Below are positions 1 through 17,885 of a stretch of 64,000 nt of DNA, piece by piece. Below the pieces are notes generated by a model. It saw only the letters and a list, made by a program, of their open reading frames with translations. It searched no databases and was not told the origin of the DNA. The position numbers were made by a program, and so were the translations under genes. The stretch is from NCBI RefSeq assembly GCF_009914755.1, contig NC_060945.1; one strand, given 5' to 3'. The stretch comes from the human T2T-CHM13v2.0 reference genome, Homo sapiens. Each line of letters opens with the position of its first letter. The stretch's first letter is position 1.

Positions 1-610
1 GGGACTGTAAACTAGTTCAACTATTGTGGAAGTCAGTGTGGTGATTCCTCAGGGATCTAGAACTAGAAATACCATTTGACCCAGCCATCCCATTACTGGG
101 TATATATCCAAAGGACTGTAAATCATGCTGCTATAAAGACACATGCACACGTATGTTTATTGGGGCACTATTCACAATAGCAAAGACTTGGAACCAACCC
201 AAATGCCCAACAATGATAGACTGGATTAAGAAAATGTGGCACATATACACCATAGAATACTATGCAGCCATAAAAATGATGAGTTCATGTCCTTTGTAGG
301 GACATGGATGAAATTGGAAATCATCATTCTCAGTAAACTATCACAAGGACAAAAAACCAAACACCGCAAGTTCTCACTCATAGATGGGAATTGAACAATG
401 AGAACACGTGGACACAGGAAGGGGAACATCACACTCTGGGGACTGTTGTGGGGTCAGGGGAAGGGGGAGGGATAGCATTAGGAGATATACCTAATGCTAA
501 ATGTCGAGTTAATGGGTGCAGCACACCAGCATGGCACATGTATACATATGTAATTAACCTGCACATTGTGCACATGTACCCTAAAACTTAAAGTATAATA
601 ATAAAAAAAA
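1..610 (+). mobile_element. LINE-1 (about L1PA4-5) 3' end: ORF2 C-terminus, 3' UTR and poly(A); 5' part lies outside the window
   Basis: Canonical L1PA 3' sequence (gaaataccatttgacccagcc...ctaaaacttaaagtataataataaaaaaaa) with G-rich tract at ~448-471. Confidence 0.97.
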
Positions 611-999
611 GGGTGCTTAAAGGATATAGTGTCTCATTGAGTAATCAAATTAGGAATAAGCAATATTTATGTGTTCAAAAACCCAAAGATGATTGGAAAA
701 AAGCAATACTTAAAAAAAACCCTTGAATCATATATTTGATTACTAAATTGGCTATTACTGTCTACAAAATTAAAGAAAGAGAACACTTTACACTAACCTT
801 TATAGGGGACTACAAAAGTTGTATTTCCATGAAAATTTAATATTCATGATAGACATACGTTATAGCATTTCTAAGTCATAAAAGGCTATTGAAGGGATGT
901 CTTTAAAAAGAATTTTTTAGAAGGATAGCAATAAAAAAAAGAAAGAGGATATTTATCATAACATTAGAAATGAAAAGACAAAAAATAAAAAAAAATTAT

Positions 1000-3050
1000 A
1001 AAGTAAAAATATATCCAAAACCCATGCCTTAAAAAGACTATGCAGGGGATTTTTCTCGTTAAGTAAAATGAAGAATAAAAATAGATAAATGGGAAATATC
1101 AAAGGAACCGTAAGTAGAACATATTATTAGAATAATAAAATATAATACATTAAATTATGGCTGAAATATATAAATACCTTGAGGAAAACACTTACAAATA
1201 GCTCATTTAAAATGATCAACATTCCACCTTAATAAAAGTAAAACCTGAATGAACTAATTACCATAGATGTGATTAGAAATATGTTTAGAGAGGTATCACC
1301 GAAAATGAACGCCACAGGTTAGATTTATCTAATATTAATAGAACATATAAGCAAGGATATTTAGCTGTATTAAAAATATGTTCATGTTTTTAATACTTCT
1401 AGGCATTAAAAACATTAAAACATTTTAATACAGTTTTATCATTCTATAACAAGTTTAATACAAAAACTAAATAAAAATTTTCAAAAAGAAAATATAGATC
1501 AATTGTGTATATATATAAATAAAAATTTTAGTAAAGTCTACAGAAACTTCAAAAGAATAACACTTTATGAGCAAGTTTGGCTGCTCAGTTGTAAAAAAAT
1601 TCTCAATAAATTTAATTCCATTAATAAATTAATACGCAAATATATCTCATTAAATATCAATGTTCCCTGTATTAACCTACACAGTTCATATAATTTCAGT
1701 TAGAATGTGAAAAAGAAAACTTATAAAAATTGTCAAAACTTTTATTTTTAATTTTTAGATCTAGAAAACATGAAAATGCAAAGAAAATGAAGGGAAGATT
1801 GATCCCTGACACCAGGAAGTAGAAAAAGATGATGTTAATAACATTAGTATAGTATTAGAAACATAAATGAAAATATTAAAAAACTTAAGTAATCTAAAAG
1901 TAGAGTTAAGTTTATATCAGCTGAGAATATGTATAATTGGTAATTCCACTTAATTTTAAAAGGATGAATTATTTAATTAACTGAATATTTACCCTGATAT
2001 AAACAGAGCATACAGATATTTATATTAAAATACTTTCAAAGGTTGGCAATTAAATACAAAATACAGAGTAAACATATTACAAAGTACCTAGGAGATTATA
2101 TCTTTAGACAGATCATGGGGGTTGGAGACAAATTTCTAAACAGAATGCTATCAAGTAAAAGCACAAAAAAGAATAAAGTCTCCTGGCACAAAACAAAATA
2201 AAAAACCAATACAAACCCTACCAAATTAAATAGATAAATGTTAATTCAGGAAAAATGTACATTTTTTCCGAAATATAATTATTTTTATTGAAAACGAAAA
2301 GGTCAGCACTTCAGAACAAAAATAGCCACATAAAATGAGTAGAAAATGACTTAGGAGCCTGTGAAAAATGCTAAAATATTTGGTTCTAGAAAGATGGATA
2401 TTAACGTGACTGTGAGATGATACTTTACACCTAGCAGAAAGGCAAAACATTTGAAAACTTATAATTCATTCCTGGCAGGTATCTAGGAAACCTGTATTTT
2501 TTTACATTGCTAGTGTAAAATAGTAATTCATGAGTTTAATGTGGGCAATCTAGCAACATACTTTTACATTAATAAATGCAATTTTGATCCTTTGAATCTT
2601 CCTTACTAGATAAGATGTAGAAAAATGTTCAAAGATGCTTATTAAAGCATTTTTTACAGTGGATGAGAATAAGAATTTAAATAAATGCTTATTAGTAGGA
2701 GAATGTCATAATAAAAGTGTTATATCACACACTCTCTAAAAAGAAAAATTTAAGTAATACCTGATAATGTGGAGGGATTTTTAAATAAGATAGAGTTGAG
2801 TAGGAAAAGCAAGATGCAGAAAATATGTACAATAGTATCCTGCTTTTTAAGACAATAATAATCTCTACAATGAAAAATATTTATGTTTATATGCAGACAT
2901 ATATGTACATACATATAAATATGTCAAAGGGCACATATCCCTTGTTTGTTTGGGTGATGATCATGGATAATGGTAATGATGGAGGGAGGAAACAGGTAAT
3001 TACAAGAAATATCAACTTTATTATATTATCCCAATTACGTATATAACAAG
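1000..3050 (+). mobile_element. Highly degraded ancient L1M (L1ME-like) ORF2/3' fragments
   Basis: A-rich strand with decayed ORF2-like motifs (e.g. tatgagcaagtttgg, gaagggaagattgatccctgacacc, gatactttacacctagcagaaaggcaaaacatt). Boundaries approximate. Confidence 0.5.
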
Positions 3051-6000
3051 ATATTTGAAAATAAATGGTCATTAAAATGTTTACACGCTTACCTCAAAGT
3101 GTTGGGATATGAGTTGATCTTTACACAACACATTTCCTGTGTCATTTAGAATTTGAAAAATGAAAAATAATGGTAAAAATATTTTAAAATTGTCTTTGAG
3201 ATATATATTTATATACACATATGCATGACATATTAGTATTTTTATTTCAATATGAGAAGCCTATTAAACTTTTGTGATATATACCAAACTAACAATCACT
3301 ACTGATTCCTTCTTAAGTAATTTAAGAAAAAGCCTTTATTTAAAAATTCCATTGAAAAATCATCTGTAAATATTTGGAAGAAATGTCACAGGCAATCATT
3401 TGATTTGCTTATGGTGTTTGTCCTTCTGTGCAAAAAAATATTGACTATCCCATGTGAGACACAGAAAAGGTTGTGGGGCCATGTTTTTCATTTCTTCCAG
3501 CAGGAAACTTTTCTAGGGAAAAGTAAACACTAAGTTGACAATGACACGATTTGTACAGTACATGAAAAAATCTACGACTTTCAAATATGTGTGTCATTCA
3601 ATGTTTTCACTAAATATTGGTAGAAGATGCTGTAATCTAGGACATTGTAAACCAAATTATTCTTACAGTTTAGAAGTTGATTTTTCAGAAATTCTGCAAA
3701 TTAGATTTTCATTATCTTAAATTATCTAATCACCTTATGGAGTAGAAGTGAGGAATTCTTGTGGAATTGTTTCCTGTCAATATGTATTATCATTGTCATT
3801 TGTTCATTATTATTTTTGGAATGAGGTACTCAATTTACCTTCCATTGAACTTCAGGCGCTATCTAAACTTTTTATTAGAAGGGAAGCATAATGCCTGAAA
3901 ACACTTTTGATATCATGATCTTGAGAACATTCAATGTAACACAGTCATCAGTTCTCAGAGACATAATTAAGAGTCAACCATTGGATTTCTGGTAAAGAAG
4001 AAACAACTTATTCACTTCATCTTCCTAAAGTATCTCACATTATTCTAGAAAACCAAGATTAATAAACTTATTCTTGCAACATAGAAAGTTAAATTTCCTA
4101 TATATATATATAAAATTTACCTTTAGTAATTGACATTTGAATAGTAACATATATTTCACCAAAATTACAGAAAAAATAAATATTTCCTCTGGAGACTTTA
4201 AATGTTAAATTTTAAATGTAAAAATTTGTCATGCTACTAATGAAAGCAAATAAGCCAAAACTGTACTCACATAAGGAAAGTTACAATATGCTCTGTGATA
4301 TAATTTATATCATTCTAATATAAGTGCTTATAAACTAGTAAGTTTTAAATACATTTTAAGTTAACTCTATTTTACCTTAAATTTGAATATGTGCAATTCA
4401 TATGGCAAGTATAAATATCAAATAGTTTAAATAACTGAATATATTTAGGTCTTCCCACTGTTGAATTTATTATAATATAAAATTTGTAAGTTAATTAAAC
4501 CATTTATTTTCCAAGCATAGATTTTTCTTCATAAATACATGCATATTATATGTATTCTCTAAATTCACATGTTAATATTTAGCCACCTCAAATTACCATT
4601 CTAAAAGTAATGATTTTTAAAAAAATCATTATTCAGTTACATTTATTAGTTAAATATATAATTAGACTTAGTTTTCTACCTAATATTTCTTCCACTCTAG
4701 TTTGGAAAAAATTTGCTTTAGCAAATAATTATCTAACTAGAAAAAAATAACATTCACTGGTATATCAGTATTGCCATTTTATAGTGGATCATGTTGATTG
4801 AGGATTCAGTTTAGCATTTTTCTTGGTACCATTCTGCTGAAGTTCCTAAAAATATCTTGGTAGCTGTTTTCTTGTTCATTCATGGAATTAGAACATTGGA
4901 ATTTGCCTAAGAAAGCTTCTCATAATCACAAAGTTTGGAGTTATGAATTATTTAGTTTTAATTAATCCATTCAACTTACCTGAATGTTCAGTCACATAAT
5001 TAGAATGTAATATTAACTATAGCTTAAGAAATATTTCTAAGAAGGTTTCAACAATGGAACACATTACTAGCTCTGCAGGAACAACAGGATTATTAATCGC
5101 TGGCAGGCCAGATGTAAATTGTCATTTTTAAAAAGAATTGTGGAGAAAAAAGACATAAATTCATTCAAATCCTCTTGCCTACGTTTTCTGCTTTGTGCCT
5201 GATTGCTTAGGAACCACAACTTCATAGAACTACAAATTGTAACAGCATATATATTTTTGTTAAATTCTCTCATTCCTTTGTCTCTCCAGATTCAAAAACT
5301 TATAATGGTTAAAGGAATAATGACAATACTATTACTACTAATAAAAATAACAATGATAATAATAATTGCTGCCAGTTAATGAGAACCTACTGTGAAACTG
5401 TAACTCTAATAGTTGTCATATTTTTACTCTTATAGTTTTTTTTATTTTTACTTTAATAGAGCAATGCTACAAAGTGATTTAATATTACACATATAGATAA
5501 GCAGATGGTGACTCTCCAATGTACTATCCTAGTGGGGCCAGTTTTTGAGTCCAGTTGAAAACTGTATATTTGATACAATATATGGCTTTAGGAAAAGAGT
5601 ATAATCTTTCAAAAATAAATAATGCCTCTGTAACACTTGGTAGAATTTCTAGCACCTAATAAAAACTAGGAACACTCATCACAATTTAGTTTATTAATGG
5701 TAGTTTAGTGACTTTTGCCATATTTCAGTTGAGTGAGATCAGTATCTTTTTTGTAAAGTCATAAAGAATTTAAGCCAGGACAACAGTTTGGTCTTTAATT
5801 GTAAAGACTATTTCCTGCCATGAAAGTGAGGCCTTGGTTAATTTTCTTTCACTAATGTACCTACTCTTTTATTTCATCAGAATTTATAGAGGAAAAATGA
5901 AGTTTTATATTGCAGTTATATCAAATAAGGGATTTCAGTTCATATGTGGATGCAAGGATCATAACTTACTATTTTAGGACCCTATTTCTGTTTATATAAC

Positions 6001-6802
6001 AGAAGAAATGAGCACAACTAAAAGTGTTTGAAACCACACATTGCCGTGACTAAAAGAAATATATCATTTGAAAAAATAATAAATCAATGTTTACACTGAA
6101 GATTTTATATTTGCTAACTTAAAGAAGATCCTAAATATTGATGATGGGCTGATTGGGCTTCAATATACAAACTTCAACATATTGGGCTTCAACATATAAA
6201 TTAAATTGCCTAAGAACTCAAAGGACCTTGTCATACAATTCAGGTGTTTTTCAAACACTATATACTTTCGTACAATAATCCATTACTCAAAAGAAGACAA
6301 TTGACACAAAAGCAATGTAAACAAATAAAAATAGAACAATGATTTCAAAGAAGGGGTAGAGCCTCATCTATCAGCACATATTTATTCTTGGATCCAGAAA
6401 ACAATTTGCCAATATCAGAACTAAAGAAGTATCCTCATTTGATAGCTTAGGAAATTGAAGTGCAGAAAATTTGAATGACTTTTTGCTGCTCCAAAAACCA
6501 ACCTGAAACAGATCTGTAATTAACCATAGGACTCCTGGACCCTGGTTCTGTCCTCTTCTAACGTGCATATTTTGTCACTCAGACATGTATCTTCTGTGTT
6601 CTCTTGATAAAATTATATTTCAGCAAAAGGCTGTTTTATAAAAATCATTTTACTAAAACCTAAAGGCAAATAAAACGTGAGGGGTGGGACATAGCAGTGT
6701 GGATGTAGCTAGCAAATACAATTGGAAAAGATTATTATTTTGCTAAAGTCGACTGACGTTAATAAATAAGAAAAGAAAAAGTCCATAAGATCTTATTCAT
6801 TA

Positions 6803-7100
6803 TTGTTCCAGCAGGACACTGAGACATGAATGTTGAAAACACATTTTAATTAACAAGAATGAGCTGAGTTAAGGGAAGCCTCAGGGATACTGAACAAACA
6901 CTCAAGCCTTAGCAAATAGAAAAGTATTAACATCTTTGGGCCTGATGAACAAGAAAAGGGAATATAATTGTTGGAGCTTAATTGAGAGCTGCAACATTGG
7001 AGAGATGGATCAATGGGACTGGTGCTTCTAGAAGACATAGCCATTAACAGAACCATGCAGAGCCCACCAGTAATCACTGGCATCCTTTCCTGCCAAGGAA
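6803..7100 (-). mobile_element. Old ERVL-class LTR fragment (LTR41/LTR33-like)
   Basis: gagttaagggaagcctcagggatactgaac...ttagcaaatagaaaagtattaacatctttgggcctga resembles the recalled LTR40/41 pattern. Weak. Confidence 0.35.
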
Positions 7101-7468
7101 TTCAGGATGACTTTCATAAATATATTGTAACTGATGAAGTGTTGGTAAAAGAACAAGTAGCTATATTCTTTGGCAAGATATGTGCAGCTACTCCACGCTG
7201 CACACTAATATGAGTCTATGTTTTAACAATTAATCAAGATAATGAAAGTATGGAATCTTTATCGGAATAACATAACCAATTCAAAATGCTCGTTTGACTA
7301 TAATCTCTATAAATAAAAGGACTAAAAACATGAGCAGACAATCCAGATATATTACAATTAGTAAACCAAAACAGCTGGAGAAGTACTACACCTGACTAAT
7401 GTTTGTTAAAACAAAAACAACTGCTTATTATTAAAAAAAAGTCAAAGTTAAATAACCTGTTTGATCAC

Positions 7469-7803
7469 TATCTTAGCTCATTAAGGCTGCTATAACAAAA
7501 ATACCACAAACTGGGTAGCTTAAACAACAAATACTTATTTCTCACGTTCAGGAAGCTACAAAGTGCCCACAGATTTATGTTTGATGAAGGCCCATTTCCT
7601 TTCATAGACTGTTGTCATATAGCAGAAGAGGGGGCTAGGCAGCTCTCTGGGGGGTCTCTGATAAGGGCACTAAACCCATTCAAGCAGGCTCAACTCTCAT
7701 GACTTAATTACTTCCCAAGGGTCCTACCTTCTAAATCATCACACTGAATGTTAGGAATTCAACATACGAATTGGAGGGGGAACACAACTTTCAGTTCCTA
7801 ACA
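7469..7803 (-). mobile_element. MaLR solo LTR (MLT1A/B-like)
   Basis: Starts tatcttagctcattaaggctgctataacaaaaatacc and ends tcagttcctaaca. Perfect 5-bp TSD ATCAC at 7464-7468 and 7804-7808. Confidence 0.9.
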
Positions 7804-8055
7804 ATCACACAATGAGATAACTATTAACATAGTCTATACTATAATACTGGAAATTAACATATATAATGTTAACAATAATCATAATCTAGTGGTAGAAGTG
7901 CATTTATCTATTTCTTCCATTTTTCTTTCCTGTCTAAAGTTTTAATAATCAACACAAATATTATTTATAATGGAAAAATTTTGAATAGGTGAAGTTTCAT
8001 GGAGTTATGAAAATATATACTAGACAATAGATTAAATCATCAGCACAATATAATA

Positions 8056-8135
8056 TTAGGTTGATGCAAAAGTAATTGTGGGTCTTGTCAATGAAAGTAA
8101 CAGCAAAAACCACAATTATGTTTGCACCAACCTTT
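8056..8135. mobile_element. MADE1 (Hsmar1-derived 80-bp MITE)
   Basis: ttaggttgatgcaaaagtaattgtgg...ccacaattatgtttgcaccaacct; mariner-type terminal inverted repeats, preceded by TA. Confidence 0.92.
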
Positions 8136-8480
8136 AAATTAAATGAAAAGATGTGTAATAATCAGAGGGTTTTACACATTGAGTTCTCTCAAATGTATAT
8201 ACTGCAATTGATTAAATTTTGTATATCAGTACAAATCTAATATGATCCTGTAATCCACCTAAATCCTTGAAATTCATATTACTATGTTATCCTAAAATAT
8301 AAATGTTGCCCAATTTAAAGATCTTACCTCCTAAAAATGTTATGATAATTTATATGGCTAAAATACTATTTTGTTTTCAATAGTATTACATGTTGACTTA
8401 TAAACAATCAAAATCAAACTGAATAATTATGATTTAATGTACTTTAATAACTTTCATATATTCATACACCATAACATATA

Positions 8481-9297
8481 CCATACCAATTAGTCAATAG
8501 CTGAGGTGGTGAGGATCTGAATTACTCCTCACTACCCTAACAAAATTGACCAACCTAAATCACCCCACTACCAAGCAACTAGAGTTCATGCATAGCACAG
8601 CAATGATTAATTAATAATATCTAGAGAAACATTATTGTGTTACTTAGTACTAGCAAAGTTGAATCATAAAGGAGGTAATTGGCAAATATATTACTTACAC
8701 CTAATTTTTTAGACCCAAATACCCTACACAGATAATTCAACTATTGCTGAAAATTAGCTAAAAGTCAACATGCATTTTACAGTAAACACAATTACAAGAT
8801 GCTAAAACTATTGTTTATAAAAATAAACAAAAATATTGTATATGACATAAAACACTTAGACATTTTATATTACAAACCAGAAATAAAACCAGAATTGTTT
8901 TCAGTTGTTTAAGCCTCCATGCTAATCTAATTAATTTACCAATTACAACAAAAACCATTGTAGGTAGACTTTTCGTGTAAGATTGAAATATAAAGATTAA
9001 GATAATAGCAATGATAAAAAAATTTCATTCTGCATGCTTAATTTTCATTATGTTATTTGATTCTGGAACTAATTTAGCAAGATATGTACTCTGTTTGTTT
9101 TTTTAATGTGAGAAAACTGAAGGTCAGAAATATTCTGTTAGAACTGTATTGCTTGTAGAAACACTAAGCCACTTCCATGCCAATTACTAAATAACTGGGG
9201 TTGTGAACTTCTTAATTTCTCCCCATTACCTTAACAAAATTGACCTGCCTGAATCTCCCTACAACTAAGCAACTAGAGCTCATGCACTTCACAGCAA
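8481..9297 (+). repeat. Dispersed direct repeat: 123-bp copies at 8481-8603 and 9175-9297
   Basis: Ungapped hand alignment, 98/123 identical (~80%). Confidence 0.9.
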
Positions 9298-10088
9298 GGC
9301 CTCTTCAACCTCTGCTCAGCACTATCATCAAAAGTTCTCAGTAGCAGAGCCTTGTGTCTCACCAACAGGTAGATACTGTACTTTCAGCATCAATTCTGCT
9401 AGATTTGGAGGTCTGAAACCAAAATAGTTTTATCATATAGAAGGTACTCAACATATCTTGAGATAAATTGAGTTTTCAGGTTTATTTCAGAAATGTTTAC
9501 TATTTAATATGATAAAGTTAATCAATACATAGGAAGCATACTAAGGATAAAATAAGGAAGCCTTGTTCTGTTCTCTGGCAGATTATAATGACAGTCCTAA
9601 TGAAATGGTAGATATCAAACTGCATTTTTATTAAAGTTATTGTTATTAGATAACATTGGAAACTTCTCCCTGAATATATATATCAAAATAAAGTTACTAG
9701 GAATGAGTAAGTTAACTGAATCTTTCTGTTTTGTTTCAGGAATAAGATAGGATAAAAAGCACACAGTGAACACTTGTGTATGAAAAGCATGCAAAAGCAT
9801 CCTTGAGTGAAATATTATTTTACAATATATTATTTCACACCAATTTCATTATTTTTTTAAAAATTCTGCAACTACTGCACACTTGATAGAGGTTTTAATT
9901 TTTAATGTAATTAATAAAATAAAAATATTTAATGGTATAATTAGTAGGAAACTTGGAGATTGCCAACCCAACTATTAGCTTGGTGCGGGTTTTCTGATTA
10001 ATAGTTATCTCATTAAGAATGAAAGGAAGAAGGAAAGAAGGAGAGAAAGAAGTAAGAATACATGAAAGAAAAAGGAAGGAAGGAATGT

Positions 10089-10262
10089 TTAATGAGTACA
10101 AAAAATGGTTATAAAAAATGTATGAAACCTACTATATCATAGCACAATAGGGTGACTGTAGTTAATAATAAATGAATTGTATACTTTTAAATAACTTAAA
10201 GACTGTAATTGGATTGTTTGTACCTCAAAGGATAAATGCTTGAGGAAATGGATGCTCTCCCC
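10089..10262 (+). mobile_element. L1MA-type (about L1MA1-3) 3' UTR fragment
   Basis: gcacaatagggtgactgtagttaataataa...gtaattggattgtttgtacctcaaaggataaatgcttgagg. Confidence 0.8.
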
Positions 10263-10357
10263 ATCCAAAAAAAGAATGTTAGATATAAAATTATATGCCC
10301 AAGCAAACAAATAACCTTTTAAAATGTTGCTCTATAAAAAAGATATTTCAGCAATTA

Positions 10358-10446
10358 AAAAAGAAAGGAAGGAAAGACAAAGAAAAACAAGAAAGAAAGT
10401 AAAGAAATGAAAAAAGGAGAAAAAAGAAAAGAAAGAAAGAAAAGGA
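10358..10446 (+). repeat. GA-rich low-complexity purine tract
   Basis: Degenerate (GAAA)n/(GGAA)n. Confidence 0.85.
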
Positions 10447-10466
10447 ATTAAGAAACTAAGAGATTT

Positions 10467-14690
<4,224 letters not shown>

Positions 14691-14893
14691 ATAAACTGAG
14701 AAATCAGACCCACAGATTTTAAGTGATTCAGACATACAAAAGCCCTTATCAATGAGACTGCTAAGAAGTTGAGTACCTCTCGTATGCCTGGCGCATGTTC
14801 TTTCAATTACTCAAATTTACTTTATAATATATGATAATCTTTGGTTTCTCATTACTCAAACATGTCTTCAGTCAGTTTAAAAATACTTGTTTG

Positions 14894-15318
<425 letters not shown>

Positions 15319-15481
15319 TTATATTTCACTATAAAAGAGACATATAATTGTTCAATTAGAATTGCGTTAATGCAAGAGGAGAAAAAAGAGCACTGTGAAA
15401 GTTCATAATTCAGAGAGTTAACTAGCTTGCAAGAAAGTTATCATAATAAATTGCTATTCGTACTCAGTTTTGACCAATGAA

Positions 15482-16017
15482 TGTGGTAGGCAAAATAAGT
15501 TTCTCCAAAGATGTCCATGCCCTTATCTCTGGAAACTGTGAACATGTTACCTTACATGGAAAAATAGATTCTCCAGATGAGATTAAAAGTACTTATCTTG
15601 AGATGGGAAGATTCTCTTGGATTATAACTAAAATTCTCTGGTGGGCTTAGTATAATCATACAGGTCCTTAAAAGCTGAGCGCCTTTCTCAGTTGGGTCAG
15701 AGGCTTAAGGTGGAAGAAGAATGAGGAGAGATCTAAAGCATGAGAGGGAATTAACCTGCTGCTGCTAGCTTTGAAGATGGAGTAAGGGGGCCATGAGGCA
15801 AGAAATGTGAGCGGCTTCTAGAAGCTGGAGAAGGCAAGGAAACAGATTCTTCCTTAGGGCCTCCTGGAACGAATGCAACATGCTGACGGCTTGGTTTTGG
15901 CTCAGTGAGCTCTATGTAAGTAAGGTTCTTGACCTACAGAACTATAAGACAATGACTTTGTATTTTTATAGGCCACTTTGTTTGTGGTTTTTTTTTTACA
16001 GAAGCAAAATGTATGCA
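15482..16017 (+). mobile_element. MaLR solo LTR (MLT1D-like)
   Basis: tgtggtaggcaaaataa...aagatgtccatgccc...gttaccttacatgg...ctagaagctggagaaggcaaggaaacagattctcc; TSD ATGAA/ATGAT. Confidence 0.9.
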
Positions 16018-16059
16018 ATGATTAAACAGTAACCAGGCAACAATGGGAAATACTCAATA

Positions 16060-16330
16060 AGGGAAGTTGAATATGAAAGCAAGAAACATGCTATATTTGA
16101 AGAACAGAAAAGTCTAGTGAAGCCAGACAGCAGTAATCAGGAGTGAGTTTGGTGCACACTGAAGCTGGCCAGTTAAGACAGGCACTGGTCATACAAAGTC
16201 CTATAATCATTAGGATGTTAGCTTTTATTCTAAGAACAATGGTAAATCATTGTACAATCAATCATCAGAAGGGGTAAGATTTGATTGGTTAGTTCACTAA
16301 ACAAGATCTCTCTTATGGCTGGGGCAGGGT
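16060..16330 (-). mobile_element. L2 fragment
   Basis: gcttttattctaagaacaatggtaaatcattg-type L2 motif. Confidence 0.55.
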
Positions 16331-16569
16331 TGGTGTAGTAATGTTCCAAGAGGCAGGTAGAGGTAGAACACAAATTTTCTGCAGGTCAATCTTACATTAG
16401 TACTTTACATAAAATAATATTAAAATATTCAGCAATATAGTCACAAACACACTTCTTTTCATGCCCTTAATGATAACATATATTATTTATAACTGGCTTT
16501 AAGTCAGGAATGGAAACAGGTATTTATTTGTGAGTCATTCCATACCAGGCTCTACAATGAGTACTTCTA

Positions 16570-16730
16570 TAAATAAGGGCATTTAATTCAAATTATGATG
16601 ATGCTGTTGTTACCCTAATTTTAATGTGAGAGGACTGAAAATCATCACGGCTCAGCAAATTTTTTTCACCTCCCACAGAAAAGGATTTAAAGTCAAAACC
16701 AGATAATACCAGAGCAATTTTCTTTCCGAT
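16570..16730 (-). mobile_element. MIR fragment
   Basis: ttaccctaattttaatgtgagaggactga core-like motif. Confidence 0.5.
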
Positions 16731-17563
16731 ATGATCCAAACAATGTGCAATAAAGAGTCCCAGTGAACACACCAAACTGATTATCTGGATATACGTCCTT
16801 TGACTTGTGGAGAAACACACTGGAACTGTTCAAAAATGCCAAACAGATTCTCCACCTAAACGGTGTGTGCGCACGTGTGTTCATGTGCATGTATAAGAGT
16901 GTAAGTGAGCAATGGGATATGTCTGTACAGTATACCTCTTTCTAGTGCATATGAGTAGCACATTAAAAAATTTAGAAATGTAGTATGTGCTGGCAGTGCT
17001 CTTAATTTTATAATTCAAACATTGTAATATGTAGAAAGAAGAGATGAACATCATATTTATCTATGCAAAATACTCCATGTGCTTACTCGCACAGTATTTT
17101 CTCAGATGTTTCTCACTTTTTCAAAGATAATCTCTTATCACTAAAGCGCAATACAAAACATAATTAAGTGTCCTCCTGCTAAACACTTCAGTGACTTAAA
17201 TATTTAAGAGTTTAGAATTAATGCCCCTAATGTAATAGAGTCAGCACATAAATATTTAATCCCAGTTCTGTAAACTTTCAGAGTTAGCATATATTGTGGT
17301 AGTCTTCAATAGCACTGGCACGCATAGAAGTAAAGCCTACTTAGTTCATTGCAGCCAATAGTTTGAGTCCGTTCTCCTCCGAAGCCCTTAGTATAACTCC
17401 TTTCTGGGGGAAATCTAGCTAGTTAGCCATCTCCTGTTAAAATTTTAAAATTTTACTATGTAACTGCTAATGGATGTGACAATGATTAAGGAAAAAAAAA
17501 GACAACCAAGAGAGCAATAAAAAGCCAGAAAAGCAAGGAATAATTTATGAAGTGCTCAATCGT

Positions 17564-17885
17564 CTTTTTTTTTAAATTATACTTTAAGTTTTAGGGTACA
17601 GGTGCACAACGTGCAGTTTTGTTGCATATGTATACATGTGCCATGTTGGTGTGCTGCATCCATTAACTCGTCATTTATATTAGGTATATCTCCTAGTGCT
17701 ATCCCTCCCCCCTCCCCCCACCCCACAACAGGCCCCGGTGTGTGATGTTCCCCACCCTGTGTCCAAGTGTTCTCACTGTTCAACTCCCACCTGTGAGTGG
17801 GAACATGCGCTGTTTGGTTTTTTGTCCTTGCCATAGTTTGCTGAGAATGATGGTTTCCAGCTTCATCCATGACCCTACAAAGGAC
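17564..17885 (-). mobile_element. Short 5'-truncated L1PA (about PA4-6), 3' ~320 bp
   Basis: Poly(T), then aattatactttaagttttagggtac...catccatgaccctacaaaggac. No TSD visible. Confidence 0.96.

Noticed and set aside
4608-4631. 11-bp-arm AT palindrome and similar small palindromes or tandem duplications (about 18057, 55386, 55560)
   Set aside because: Expected in very AT-rich DNA or from ordinary slippage.
4980-5072. Minus-strand 93-nt exon-like segment (cctgcAG acceptor, CAG|GTAAGT donor)
   Set aside because: Stops in all three frames and no partner exon; could be non-coding but cannot be supported from sequence.
8056-8135. 80-nt hairpin as a novel ncRNA
   Set aside because: Explained by MADE1 inverted repeats; miR-548-like expression cannot be inferred from sequence.
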